Source of the DNA: Mycobacterium leprae TN
GTDB lineage: Bacteria > Actinomycetota > Actinomycetes > Mycobacteriales > Mycobacteriaceae
Reading direction: 5' to 3'
Assembly: GCF_000195855.1 (NCBI RefSeq)
Contig: NC_002677.1
Span: 510,001-542,000, forward strand
Length of the DNA: 32,000 nucleotides
In this document: positions 17,048 to 27,008 of the stretch, piece by piece
Position numbering within the stretch: the first letter of the stretch is position 1
How the letters are laid out: the number at the start of each line of letters is the position of its first letter
The notes under the pieces: generated by a model
The model's database searches: none
What the model was told of the DNA's origin: nothing
The model's input: the letters and a program-made list of their open reading frames with translations, nothing else
Program-made: the position numbers and the translations under genes

Positions 17048-18620
17048 ATGAGCACCGAACCAGTGGCTGGCGAGCTGTCCGAAGCGGATCGCGAACGGTT
17101 ATGCTGTCGCGGGCCAGGACCTAGACTTGGGACTGTCGTTGTCAACGGGGAGGCCAAGTTTTACCGCACAGGTCCGCATTACGCTGGCCACGATCAGTGG
17201 GCACGGTCTAGTGGCCGGTGTGACCGGAACGGGCAAGATCAAGACGTTGCAACTGATCGCCGAGCAGCTCAGCGCCTTGGGTGTGGCCGTGCTGATGGCC
17301 TATGTCAAGGGTGACTTGTCCGGTCTGGCTCGAGCGGGGGGAGGCCAACGATAAGACCGCTCTGCAGGCCAAGGACACCGGAGATAACTGAGCACCGAAC
17401 GGATTTCCCGGTGGAGTTTTTGTCGCTGGGCGGCGAAGGAATTGGCGTGACGGTGCACGCGACCATGGTTAATTTCTGCCCGATTTTGCTGCCAATAGCT
17501 TTGTGATTCAATGCTACTCAAGAATCAACGCTAGGTCCAATTTTCCATTAGGCCAAGTATAAGGACTGTAGACTGGTCATCTTTGATGATCTGTGTAGGT
17601 CCATCAGCCACCTGACTAGTGACCAGGGTCAGATTATCTTAAATCCCTGGCAGGGATGTTTTCGACCACGGTGGGCGTCATCCTGCGGGCGTTGGTGAAT
17701 CTTAAAGCCAAGGGCGGCGAGACGATCTTCGACGAGCCGAAGCTGGACCCCCAGGATTTGCTGTGCGTCGATGACAGGGTCGCGGCATCTTGAGTTCGGC
17801 GGTCAATCGTTGCGTCCGGTCATCTTCTCCACCTTTCTGATGTGTATGCTACCCGACCTGTTTATCGTCCTGCCTGACGTCGGCGACGTGGACAAGCCCA
17901 GGCGGCTGTTCTTTTTAGACGAAGCGAACCTGCTTTTCACCAACGTCTAGCAAGCATTCCTAGAACAGGTCGAACTGACTGGCAAGCTGATTCGCTCCAA
18001 AGGTTTCAGTGTATTTCTTCTACATTCAGTTGTCCACGGATCTGTCCAATGATCTGCTGTCCCAGCTGGATTTTCGCGTCTAGCACGCCTTGCTAGCGTT
18101 CACCCCGGATGACTAGAAGGTGTTGTCCAAGACCGTGTGCACTTATCTGAAAACCGATGTCTCCAAATTGGAGTCGGCGTTAACGTCGTTGGGATATAGG
18201 TGGGGACACGTTGTAACGATGCTTTCCGAGAAGAGTCCACCGAAACCCGCCTCGTGTACACGCATGTGGGTGCCGAGGTAGCTTCTGGGCGGCATCAGCA
18301 CCGACGAGATTGCCACCGCGGTCAAATCCAACTCTCTGCGGGCCAAATACGGTCAGACGATCCAGCAGCGACCGGACTCTCCAATACCCCAATCGCAAGA
18401 ACCTCCGCAACAGACGCCGCTGCCCGAGAAATGCGACCTCCTAGCTTGGCCGGACAAGACCGACGTATTACCCATGCCCGCGCCGACTAAGCCGCAAGGT
18501 CTGATCATTTGGGAACAAACTCTGAAGTACCCGACCGGGAAGAGTGCCTTCGTGACCGACCATACGCGAATTCATCCGCACCCTGTTCGACACTACCGGT
18601 AGTGCCGTCGCAAGTAACGT
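17048..18620 (+). pseudogene. DUF853/HerA-like P-loop NTPase (Rv2510c-like) pseudogene
   Basis: It starts '[18 protein letters not shown]', then shifts frame to '[41 protein letters not shown]' (Walker-A-like). Later fragments are 'RALVNLKAKGGETIFDEPKLDPQDLL', 'KPRRLFFLDEANLLF' (Walker-B-like, followed by a stop) and 'IRSKGFSVFL'. There are multiple stops and frameshifts, and an AT-rich patch at 17510-17660. Confidence 0.75.
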
Positions 18621-19427
18621 CTACCCGCCGCCGAGCTTCTTGTAGAAGTTGCCCACAATCGACGCTACGATGGCGCGTGGGGCGTACCTACTGGCCACTG
18701 ACATGGCTTTCGATGTCAACCCAGGGACAACGCGCATCTTGTTGCGCTCCAAGGCATCCAGCGAAAGCCGCGCGGTGTGCTCTGTCGAGATCCAAAGGAA
18801 ATCGGGTACCAATTTTTCCACGAGCGATGCTTCGTCGTGATCGGGAAGTTCAGTGCGTACCGGGCCTGGCGCCAGCAGCGTGACGTGCACGCCGGAGCCG
18901 TGCAGTTCCCCACGTAGCGATTCGCTGAAGGTGTTAGCGAACGCCTTGGTAGCAGCATAAGTGGCGTTGTAGGGGATCGGTGAATTGCCGGCAGCCGAGC
19001 CGGAAATCAATATCCCACCGGCCTTGCGCTCGATCATGCCCGGCAGTACCGCTAACGTAAGGTCGTGCACTGCTACGGCATTCAGCTGGACCTGAGCTTT
19101 TTCACCTGCCGGGTCGAGTGCAGAGACCGGACCGAAAGTTGCTGTACCTGCGTTGGCGCACAGGATCGAAATGGGCCGCACGGTCAATTCATCGGCCAGT
19201 TTCACTCGTTCAGACGGGTCGGTGAGATCTGCCGGTCGCACTTCGACTGCGACACGATATTTGTCGGCCAAACGGGCTGCCAGGTCGACGAGTACGTCTT
19301 CGCGCCGCGCGATCACGATTAGGCTGTGTCCATGCGCGGCCAGTTCGGTGGCTAGCGCTTCGCCGATGTTCTGTGAAGCTCCGGTCACAACGGCACGCGC
19401 TTCGGGGCTGGGTGCTGGTATCGGCAT
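18621..19427 (-). CDS. Short-chain dehydrogenase/reductase (268 aa; Rv2509-like), intact
   Basis: 'AVVTGASQNIGEALA' is the TGxxxxxG cofactor motif, followed by 'NAG' and 'YNATYAATKAF' (YxxxK catalytic motif). I chose the ATG at 19427 because the ORF-track start at 19478 adds 17 non-conserved residues and overlaps the neighbour's upstream region. Confidence 0.88.
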   Translation of the reverse strand: MPIPAPSPEARAVVTGASQNIGEALATELAAHGHSLIVIARREDVLVDLAARLADKYRVAVEVRPADLTDPSERVKLADELTVRPISILCANAGTATFGPVSALDPAGEKAQVQLNAVAVHDLTLAVLPGMIERKAGGILISGSAAGNSPIPYNATYAATKAFANTFSESLRGELHGSGVHVTLLAPGPVRTELPDHDEASLVEKLVPDFLWISTEHTARLSLDALERNKMRVVPGLTSKAMSVASRYAPRAIVASIVGNFYKKLGGG

Positions 19428-19519
19428 GCGCCAATGGTAGACATACAGCGATCGCAAGCGCGGCGGAGTCGGGCGCAACGGGGGTCGCCGTGGGGTGCAC
19501 TCCCCGTAAAGTTCCGGGC

Positions 19520-20884
19520 ATGAATCAGCCAGAGTCGGTCGCGGGTACCATGGTGCGATCTTGGGTTGTGGCGTGGGCGATGTGGGACTGCGGTTCGACT
19601 GGTCTTACCGCCATCGTGGCAACCTTCGTCTTCTCCGTCTACCTGACCAGCAGTGTTGGTGTAGGTATGCCTGACGGTATCTCACTGGTGAGTTGGCTGG
19701 GTCGCGCGGGGGCCGTTGCCGGGTTAACCATTGCGGTGCTGGCGCCGGCCATCGGTGTATGGGTGGAGTCACCACATCGCCGTCGGGTGACGCTGGGTGT
19801 GCTGACTGTCCTCGCGGTAGCGTTGACCTGCGGGATGAGCTTTATCCGCGATCAACCTAGTTACCTTTGGGCTGGATTGATGCTGCTGGCCGGAACAGCT
19901 GCATGCGGTGACCTGGCCAGCGTTCCTTACAATGCAATGCTACGTCAGCTATCGACGCCGGCGACAGCCGGCCGGATTTCCGGCTTGGGTTGGGCGTCGG
20001 GATATGTTGGTAGCGTCGTTTTGTTGCTACTGATCTACCTGGGTTTTATTTCCGGAACCGGTGAGCTGCGCGGGCTGCTCCAGCTGCCCACCCATGACGG
20101 AATCTACGTACGCGCGGCGATGTTGCTGGCTGCGGCATGGTTGGCTTTGTTGGCTCTGCCGCTGCTGCTAACGGCACACCGACTGCCCTCGTTGGGCGAG
20201 GTGTCTCATCCGACGAGCATGCTGGGTGGCTACCGCAAGCTGTGGTCGGAGGTCTCCGCGGAATGGCGACGCGACCGCAACCTGGTCTACTTCCTGGTGG
20301 CCAGTGCACTTTTCCGGGACGGTTTGGCGGCGACTTTAGGTTTCGGCGCTGTGCTCGGTGTTAACGCCTACGGGATTTCACAAGCCAATGTGTTGATGTT
20401 CGGTGTGGTGGCAAGCTTGGTGGCTGCAGTGGGGGCGGTTCTCGGCGGGTTTGTCGACCACCGGATCGGATCCAAACGAGTCATCGTGGGATCACTGGTT
20501 GCTATCATCGTCACGGCTCTGACCTTGATGACGCTCTCCGGCCCGCTCGCCTTCTGGGTGTGCGGATTGGTGCTGTGTCTGTTCATCGGACCTTCGCAGT
20601 CGTCGTCGCGCGCTCTGTTATTGCACATGGCGAAGCACGGCAGGGAAGGCGTGGCGTTCGGCCTTTACACGATGACGGGACGGGCGGCGTCGTTCGTGGC
20701 ACCGTGGTCTTTCTCTATATTTGTCGACGGCTTCGGCGTCGTCCGGGCCGGTCTGGGAGGTATCTCAGTAGTGCTGCTGGCAGGGCTGCTGGGAATGCTG
20801 ATGGTTCGCGTTCCAACGCGGCGCGAAGCGGCCGCGGTCGGGTTGTCTTGGTGGCGATCGCAAGCACGGCGGGGCCAGGTGTAG
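19520..20884 (+). CDS. MFS transporter, UMF1/Atg22-like family (454 aa; Rv2508c-like), intact
   Basis: About 12 hydrophobic segments. The N-terminal 'WAMWDCGSTGLTAIVATFVFSVYLT' resembles the UMF1-family signature (WALYDWANSAF..). The ATG at 19520 is preferred over 19373, which would overlap the divergent SDR gene. Confidence 0.85.
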   Translation: MNQPESVAGTMVRSWVVAWAMWDCGSTGLTAIVATFVFSVYLTSSVGVGMPDGISLVSWLGRAGAVAGLTIAVLAPAIGVWVESPHRRRVTLGVLTVLAVALTCGMSFIRDQPSYLWAGLMLLAGTAACGDLASVPYNAMLRQLSTPATAGRISGLGWASGYVGSVVLLLLIYLGFISGTGELRGLLQLPTHDGIYVRAAMLLAAAWLALLALPLLLTAHRLPSLGEVSHPTSMLGGYRKLWSEVSAEWRRDRNLVYFLVASALFRDGLAATLGFGAVLGVNAYGISQANVLMFGVVASLVAAVGAVLGGFVDHRIGSKRVIVGSLVAIIVTALTLMTLSGPLAFWVCGLVLCLFIGPSQSSSRALLLHMAKHGREGVAFGLYTMTGRAASFVAPWSFSIFVDGFGVVRAGLGGISVVLLAGLLGMLMVRVPTRREAAAVGLSWWRSQARRGQV

Positions 20885-20915
20885 TGGGTCGCTAGCTCGT
20901 CAAACCTAGGGCGTC

Positions 20916-21701
20916 TTAGCGGGGAGCATCGCAGATCGTCAGGCCTACCCCGGTGTGCTGGCGTATTTGAACTCCGGCCACCGTGACCGAGCATGTGACA
21001 TCGTGGCCGATGTTGACGATCGTGACGCTTGCCGGATGAACGGCTGACTTTGACAGACTGACCTGCTTACTCCATGGCAACACCACGTTGAACTCGGTTT
21101 GTATGACGTCGCCGGTATCCATGTACGTGACGCTAATGGCCCGGCCTTGGCCAGTGATGCTATAGACAACGTCCAGCATCGCGGACGGTCCGATAGTCTG
21201 GGTGAGCGTGCCAGAGCCGGTAGTAGATGGCGCCGGCCCGGCGGTGGGTGTGGGGGACGTCTTGGTAGTTGGTGTTGGGGTGGCCGAACTTGACTCGGTT
21301 ATGGCGGGCAACGGTGGTACGGCCGTCTGTGTTTTGATCGCGCCGTTTGCGATTATTAGCGCCATGACTAGTCCGACTACCAGCACAACGGATGCGCCCG
21401 CTACGACCCACAAAAACCAGTGTGGTGATTTCGGCTCGTGCGGTGGTGGGAGAGTCAGTCCCTCTGGGGGTATGTCGGTCGGTGGGGGTTGGTCTTGTTG
21501 CCAGTATCGCGGCAACTGTTGGGGCGGTTTTTTTGGCGTCCAGGGTGGAAGCGAAGCGCCGTACGCGGGCGCGTAGGGCGCTTGTTCGGCATAGGCCGGG
21601 TCGGTGAGTGGCGGATATTGATGGACTTGCGGCTCGATCGGCCCAGACCCGGCTAGACTGGGGCCTAGCCACTCAGATCGCCGTGGATTATTCATGTCCA
21701 C
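20916..21701 (-). CDS. Proline-rich membrane protein with C-terminal MmpS-like domain (261 aa; Rv2507-like), intact
   Basis: The N-terminal ~95 aa is Pro/Gln/Tyr-rich ('PPWTPKKPPQQLPRYWQQDQPPPTDIPPEGLTLPPPHEP'), followed by a single TM 'WFLWVVAGASVVLVVGLVMALII' and a Thr/Pro/Ser linker. The C-terminal 'VVYSITGQGRAISVTYMDTGDVIQTEFNVVLPWSKQVSL....VTCSVTVAGVQIRQHTGVGLTICDA' follows the MmpS pattern (paired Cys, LPW motif). Confidence 0.85.
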   Translation of the reverse strand: MDMNNPRRSEWLGPSLAGSGPIEPQVHQYPPLTDPAYAEQAPYAPAYGASLPPWTPKKPPQQLPRYWQQDQPPPTDIPPEGLTLPPPHEPKSPHWFLWVVAGASVVLVVGLVMALIIANGAIKTQTAVPPLPAITESSSATPTPTTKTSPTPTAGPAPSTTGSGTLTQTIGPSAMLDVVYSITGQGRAISVTYMDTGDVIQTEFNVVLPWSKQVSLSKSAVHPASVTIVNIGHDVTCSVTVAGVQIRQHTGVGLTICDAPR

Positions 21702-21759
21702 CTCATGGGATGCAGAGTACCCGGGTCTGGTTTTCGAGGTATGGAAGCTATTACTGACG

Positions 21760-22400
21760 TTGTCGCCGATATCGAGGTTGTACCCGAACCTGGTTCAGTC
21801 GGTTTACGCGTTGGCACTGATCTACGGTTGTTAGCGTGGCGACGGTCATTGCCCGCATGATGGCGCATAACTGTTCCGCGTTGGCTGGCTTGATGACGCC
21901 GAATTATCCAGGGACTTCATGCTGTGCTGCGTTGTGTTCAACAGGCCGAGTACCGTGTGTGCCGCCACCCGGGCGTTGGCTTTGGCGCGCTTGGGGTTCA
22001 GCTGGCATAGTACACTCATCTACACCTCACAGGTATTTTGTTGTGCTTTACGAACCTGCCGTTCGACGGTAGTGGGCAGTTAGGCACGATCTCGGTCTTG
22101 ACTATGGATCAGTGAATCTGGATCAGGTTGGGTTCACTCGGTGCAAAGTCGAGGTGAAAATCGGTGAGGCCGTTCAGCGCCACGTTCTCATCTCCGCTGC
22201 GGGCCGTCACGTTACGAGCGCCGGCGAGCAGTCGGGCGTTGATCCCCGTCTAGCAGCGATTTCTTGTTGGGTCAGTGGCCCGGCCAGATAGCCGGGCCAC
22301 TGACCCCGCCGCCGATGTCTTCTAGCTGCAACCGCGAGGAAAGCATGTTCAGCGAAGAACTATGCGGCGGCGAACAAGAGTTGTAGGAGTCAGTAGGACT
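21760..22400 (-). pseudogene. TetR-family regulator (Rv2506/BkaR-like by position) pseudogene
   Basis: The minus strand gives 'WPGYLAGPLTQQEIAARRG' then, after a frameshift, 'INARLLAGARNV', which resembles a TetR HTH (GY..tT..eIA..aGv). Downstream 'VIKPANAEQLCAIMRAMTVATL' is broken by stops. The assignment rests mainly on synteny, divergent from the fadD35-pdh cluster. Confidence 0.4.
22269..22306. repeat. Perfect 16-bp inverted repeat forming a stem-loop (6-nt loop)
   Basis: GGGTCAGTGGCCCGGC (22269-22284), loop CAGATA, GCCGGGCCACTGACCC (22291-22306) are exact reverse complements. No flanking T-run. It lies inside the putative TetR pseudogene. Confidence 0.9.
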
Positions 22401-22599
22401 TCAGCTGTCTGCGACGATTTGGTGTTTCGGGAGTTCCGGGCTGATCGTCGGGTGTCGACCCTGTCCTGACAGCTTCTAGTAGCAACTTGCACTGTACACT
22501 TCGGCTAGCCGTGACTAAAACTGTAACATGAGCTATTGGCTATTATTTAAGGGATATTGTGGCAGTAGTCATGGACTGTGATTCGCCGTCCCAGGCCCC

Positions 22600-23921
22600 A
22601 CTTAAACTGTATTTATGACCGAGGTCCGAGCAAGTTTTCGGCTGCTAGAGAAGAAGATCGGCGCAGACTTAGCAGATATGGCTGCCAATACACGTACCGG
22701 GATGCGCTGGGTGGGGGCGACGGCGGTGTTATGAAGAACTGCTGGCCGCTGTATGCCAACTGGCAACGGGGCTTGTGCGGGGCGGGGATCCGGGTGGGTG
22801 ATCGGTCGGCATCTTGGCGTCTAACCGGTGGGAGTGGGTGCTTGTCCACTACGCGACCGGCGAGATTAGCGCGATCCTGGTTAACCTAAACCTTGTCTAT
22901 CGGATACGTGAATTGGATTACGTGCTAACGCAATCCGAGTTGGCGATGGTGATCGTCGCCTCCAATCGCAGGACTTCGGACTACACTACGACGCTGACCG
23001 AGGTGGCGCCGTATTGCCTTGGCTTATCCTACGTCGTGTTCACGGACATTGATCGCTGGGATGAACTGGCTGGTGCGGAGGCCGACCCTAACTGTGTTTA
23101 CGTAGATCGCGGCGAAGCTGCGAAACAGCTTCCAATCAACATCCAATGCGCTTCTGGCACTAAACCAGATATCCGAAAGTTGTCATGTTGAGTCACCGCA
23201 ACATTTTCAATAATAGCTATCTGGTGGGCAAGTTTCTTGAGTCCACCGCGCTCGATCGGATCTGTATCCTAGTGCCCTTCTAGTATTGCTTCGGCATGGT
23301 TATGGCCATCTAGCCATGGCGCCTGCATGGTGATCCCGGCACTCCGGCTTTGACCGGGCCCAACTCTGCAGGCGGTGCAGGTCGAGCGGTGTGCTATAGT
23401 CTATTATGGAGTACCGAAGATATTAATCACCGATGTGGGCCTGCCGGCGTTCACTCACCTACGAGTTGGACAGCCTAAGCGCCGGGATTATGGTAAGATC
23501 GCCATCTCTGGTCAAGCTGATGCACACCGGAGATGTGGCTACCGTGGACGCATGAGGGTACGTCGAAAGCATCAGCCGGATCAAGGATATCGTCGTTCGT
23601 GGTTGTGAGAACATCTCGCCGCGTGAGATCGAGGAGTTCCTCTATACGGATCCTGTTATCCTCGGCTGCCAGGGTCATAGGGGTGCTTGACTAAAAGTTA
23701 CGGCAGGCAGCTAATAGGATAATGGGCATCAAGCTACGCTCAAGAGTCCCGGGGGTTTGGCCATCGAGGCGTTGTGCCAGTTTGCAGGGGACAGAATTGC
23801 TAGGTTCAAGATCCTGTGCTATCTGTGGATCGTTGATGAGTTCCCGATAGCTATTGCCGGCCAGGCCCGCAAGGCAGAGATTTGCCAACAGGCAATTGAG
23901 GATCTGCGTGGTCTAGGTTGA
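22600..23921 (+). pseudogene. fadD35: Fatty-acid-CoA ligase FadD35-like (AMP-binding) pseudogene
   Basis: Fragments include 'NRWEWVLVHYATGEISAILVNLNLVYRIRELDYVLTQSELAMVIVA' and 'INIQCASGTKPDIRKLSC*', a wrecked AMP-binding motif (YTSGTTGxPKG). The C-terminus is 'KILCYLWIVDEFPIAIAGQARKAEICQQAIEDLRGLG*', with its stop at 23919-23921. There are multiple frameshifts, and ~1.3 kb remains of ~1.6 kb expected. Confidence 0.8.
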
Positions 23922-24032
23922 CTGCCACATTGCTGGACGCATCGCGTAGGTTATGGTACGTCCGGCCCAGTTAATTGAGCATTAACTGAAACTTTGCATG
24001 GACCGTCCCGATGGCTAGGAGGCTCTGCGGTA

Positions 24033-24713
24033 ATGGACAAAGTGGTGGCTATCGCTGCGTAGGCGGTCACGGACATAACCGACGGGTTGTCGCTGGCGGT
24101 GGGGATTCGGGCTTTGCGTTATCCCTGAAGTGCTCATTGCCGCAGTGGTCGACAGTGGTTTCCGTGCCTTGGAAACGGTGTCGAACGACTGCGGTGTCGA
24201 CGACGTCGTTTTAAGTTTTCTTTTGCAGCACAAGCGAATCAACTGGAACACCTCGTCGTATGTGGGGAAAAACGGGAATTCGCCGGCCAGTTCCTGTGTG
24301 GGATGCGGAAGCCGGCTTTCTATACGTAGGCCGGTGTTGGCACTGCAATCGCCGATGGCGGGCTTCCATGCCACTAAGACGCATCGGCGGGCGTAGTGGT
24401 GTTGCTGGTGAAGGAAACTCGTGAGTTCGGCGGTGCCACTTATATTCTCGAGCGGGCAATCCACACTGACTTTGTACTGGTACGCTCATGGAAGGACTAC
24501 CGACACGGCAATTTGGTGTACTGCGAGTCCGCCGCCAACTTCAACCCGGAATGTGCCAGTGCGCTGTGGATCACCATTGCTGGGGTCGAACACCTCGTCG
24601 AGACTAGCGAGATCGACCCTGCTGCGTTGCGCACGCCAGGGATCTACGTGTATCGGGACGTGCATGTGCCCAATCTCGTCAAGTGGATTGAGAAGGAGAC
24701 GGTGCGGAAATGA
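24033..24713 (+). pseudogene. scoA: Succinyl-CoA:3-ketoacid CoA-transferase subunit A (ScoA) pseudogene
   Basis: 'MDKVVAIAA*AVTDITDGLSLAV' has an in-frame TAG. Later fragments are 'LIAAVVDSGFRALETVSNDCGVDDV', 'LLQHKRINWNTSSYVGKN' and 'KETREFGGATYILERAIHTDFVLVRSWKDYRHGNLVYCESAANFNPECASA...HLVETSEIDPAALRTPGIYV'. There are frameshifts and an internal deletion. Confidence 0.88.
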
Positions 24714-25420
24714 GTGCGCCGACAACGATGCAGAGCTAACCTATGAGGGGGAGCGGCTCCATATGAGCTGGACCAGAGACGAGATGCCTGCTTGGGTGTC
24801 CGCGGAGTTCGAAGACGGCTAATAGATCAACCCCGACATCGGGATGCCCATGCTGATTCCGAATCACCTTCCCGACGGTGTGCACGTCGTCTTGCATGCG
24901 TAGAACGGGCTCCTGGGTGGGTGTCGGCTCATACTCTCGGCGCGAGGATGTCGACGCTGATTTGATCAACGCGGGCAAAGCGACGGTTACACCTTGCCGG
25001 GGACCTCGTTCTTCTCTTCTTCGTCTTAATTCGGGATCATTCGCGGTGGACACATCGACGTCTCAGTGCTTGCGGCTGTGCAAGTCTTGGCCATCGGTGA
25101 CCTCGTCAACTGGATGATTTCGGGTAAGATGGTCAAGGGCATGGGCGGCACGATGGACCTGGTGCACGTTGCCCGCACAGTGTATTGTGATGATTGGAGT
25201 AAGCCGCCAAGAACGACACTCCCAAGATCGTCACGCTATGCCCCTTGCCCCCTGACTGGGGCGCGCTGCGTGAACCGCACCATCACCGACCTCGTGGTCA
25301 TAGACGTTTGTGGCGACGGTTTGCACCTGATTGAGACCGCAACCCAATGTACTGGTCGACGAGGTTGTCACGAAGAATCAACCGCCCCTGGGGCTTTCGG
25401 ATTGGTTGACCCGGTGACAA
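24710..25420 (+). pseudogene. scoB: Succinyl-CoA:3-ketoacid CoA-transferase subunit B (ScoB) pseudogene
   Basis: It starts 'MSAP', followed by 'SWTRDEMPAWVSAEFEDG**', '[22 protein letters not shown]', '[17 protein letters not shown]', '[45 protein letters not shown]' and 'LTGARCVNRTITDLVVIDVCGDGLHLIETA'. There are several stops and frameshifts. Confidence 0.88.
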
Positions 25421-25459
25421 CCGACGCTGCGTCGTCGTTCACCGACGAGCACCGCTGAC

Positions 25460-26990
25460 TGGTGGCGGAGTTGAATGACAAGCTTGCCGCTGCGGCCTTG
25501 GTAGGCAACGAACATGCGTGGGAACATCACATCAGACGTGGCAAGCTGTTGCCCTGCGAACGGGTGCACTGGCTGTTGGATATGGGTAGCCCGTTGCTGG
25601 AATTGGCTTCGCTGGCCACAGGCGGCATGTAATGGAGACGAGTACCCAGATGCGGCGATTATCATATCGGTAACGGCTGGGTGTTCGGGTGCCAGTGCGT
25701 GGTCGTCGCCCAACGACATGACGGTCAAGGTCGGCACCTAATTATCCTATGATGGTCAATAAGCACCTGCGTGCACAGGAAGTCGCGCTGCAGAGTCGGC
25801 TGTCGTGCAGCTATTTGGTGGACTCCGGCGGCGCTATTCTGCCACGCCAAGACGAGGTGTTCCCGTACTATGCACACTTCGGCCGGAATCTTGTACAACC
25901 AAGCGCCGATGAGCGCTTCCAAGGCATTCCGCAGGTGGCTGCGGTGCTCTATTCGTGCACAGCGGCCGGTGCCTACGTGCCGGCGATGAGTGACGAGGTG
26001 GTCATCGTTCGTCAGCAGGATACGATTTTTCTCGGTAGTCAGCCATTGGTCAAAGCCGATACCGGCTAGGTCGTCTCCGACGAGCTGCTCGTCGGAGACG
26101 ACCTGTATTCGGCCAGTGTTCGGTGTAACTGACCACTCTGCCGACGGCGATGAGGAAGCGCTGCGGATTGTGCATGCCATCCCGGCCACCTTCGTCCCGT
26201 GCTACCTTCCTCAATGGGAGGTAAGCTGTTCCTGACGACCCTAAGCATGAACCGACAGAACTGTATGAAGTCGTCCCTTCGATCCACGGGTGCCTTACGA
26301 TGTGCGCGAGGGGTGATCGTGCTCCTGGTCGGCCGCTTCGAATTCAGGGAATTCGAAGCCTAATAAGGTAAGACGTTGTGACTGCCTTCCCGCGTATCCA
26401 CGGCCACCCGGTCGGAATCATCGCCAACAACGGGGTGCTGTTCAGCGAATTTGTCCTCGAGGGAGCGCGCTTAATCGAGTTGTGCGACAAAAGCAAGATC
26501 CCGCTACTGCTTTTGCAAAACATCCCAGGTTTCATGATCGGCTGGGACTGTAAGGCTGGTGTCATCGCCAAGCGTGGTGTCAAAATGGTGACTGCTGTGG
26601 TCTGTACTTGGGTTCCCAAGACGACCGTCGTTATCGTGGTGGATCCTATGGTGTAGGCAGCTACTCGATGTGCGGACGGGTGTACTCGCCGCATTTTTGT
26701 GGATGTGGCCGAATGCTCGGATCTCGGTGATGGGTGGCGAGCATACCGTGTTTGTGCTGGGGACTGGGCGCGGCGAGCAACTTGCGTCGGCCGGTGCACC
26801 CTGGCCAACCTACGAGGGAAAAGTCGTTAAGGCTCCTGTTCGTGCGCAGTACGAGGACTAGGGCAACCCATGTTACTTAACCCGCCCGCCTGTAGTATAA
26901 TGGCATCATTGACACGGCTTACACCAGAACATTTGAGGTATTGGTCTTTGGTGTTTTCCACGTGCCGATGGAACTGTTCTGCTGTAGCGT
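25460..26990 (+). pseudogene. accD1: Acyl-CoA carboxylase beta (carboxyltransferase) AccD1 pseudogene
   Basis: Fragments include '[25 protein letters not shown]', '[23 protein letters not shown]' (frame-shifted) and '[53 protein letters not shown]', followed by '[25 protein letters not shown]'. This is the carboxyltransferase-domain pattern, heavily interrupted. Confidence 0.8.
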
Positions 26991-27008
26991 ATTACGGGTG
27001 TGATGCCG

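Noticed and set aside
19373-19521. ORF-track extended N-termini making the SDR (to 19478) and MFS (from 19373) genes overlap head-to-head by ~100 bp
   Set aside because: The extensions are non-conserved in character. Family-typical N-termini begin at the ATG at 19427 (SDR, 268 aa) and the ATG at 19520 (MFS), leaving an ordinary 92-bp divergent intergenic region.
22481-22570. AT-rich divergent region between the TetR remnant and fadD35, examined for a TetR operator palindrome
   Set aside because: Only a short TGTACA core with imperfect flanks (ACTGTACACT) is present. I do not remember the published BkaR operator well enough to match it, so it is not supportable.
24396-24713. Intact-looking 105-aa ORF (C-terminal part of ScoA) considered as a possible functional mini-protein
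   Set aside because: It corresponds only to the last ~40% of the CoA-transferase A subunit. It starts at a fortuitous GTG/ATG inside the pseudogene, and its partner ScoB is dead, so there is no basis for function.
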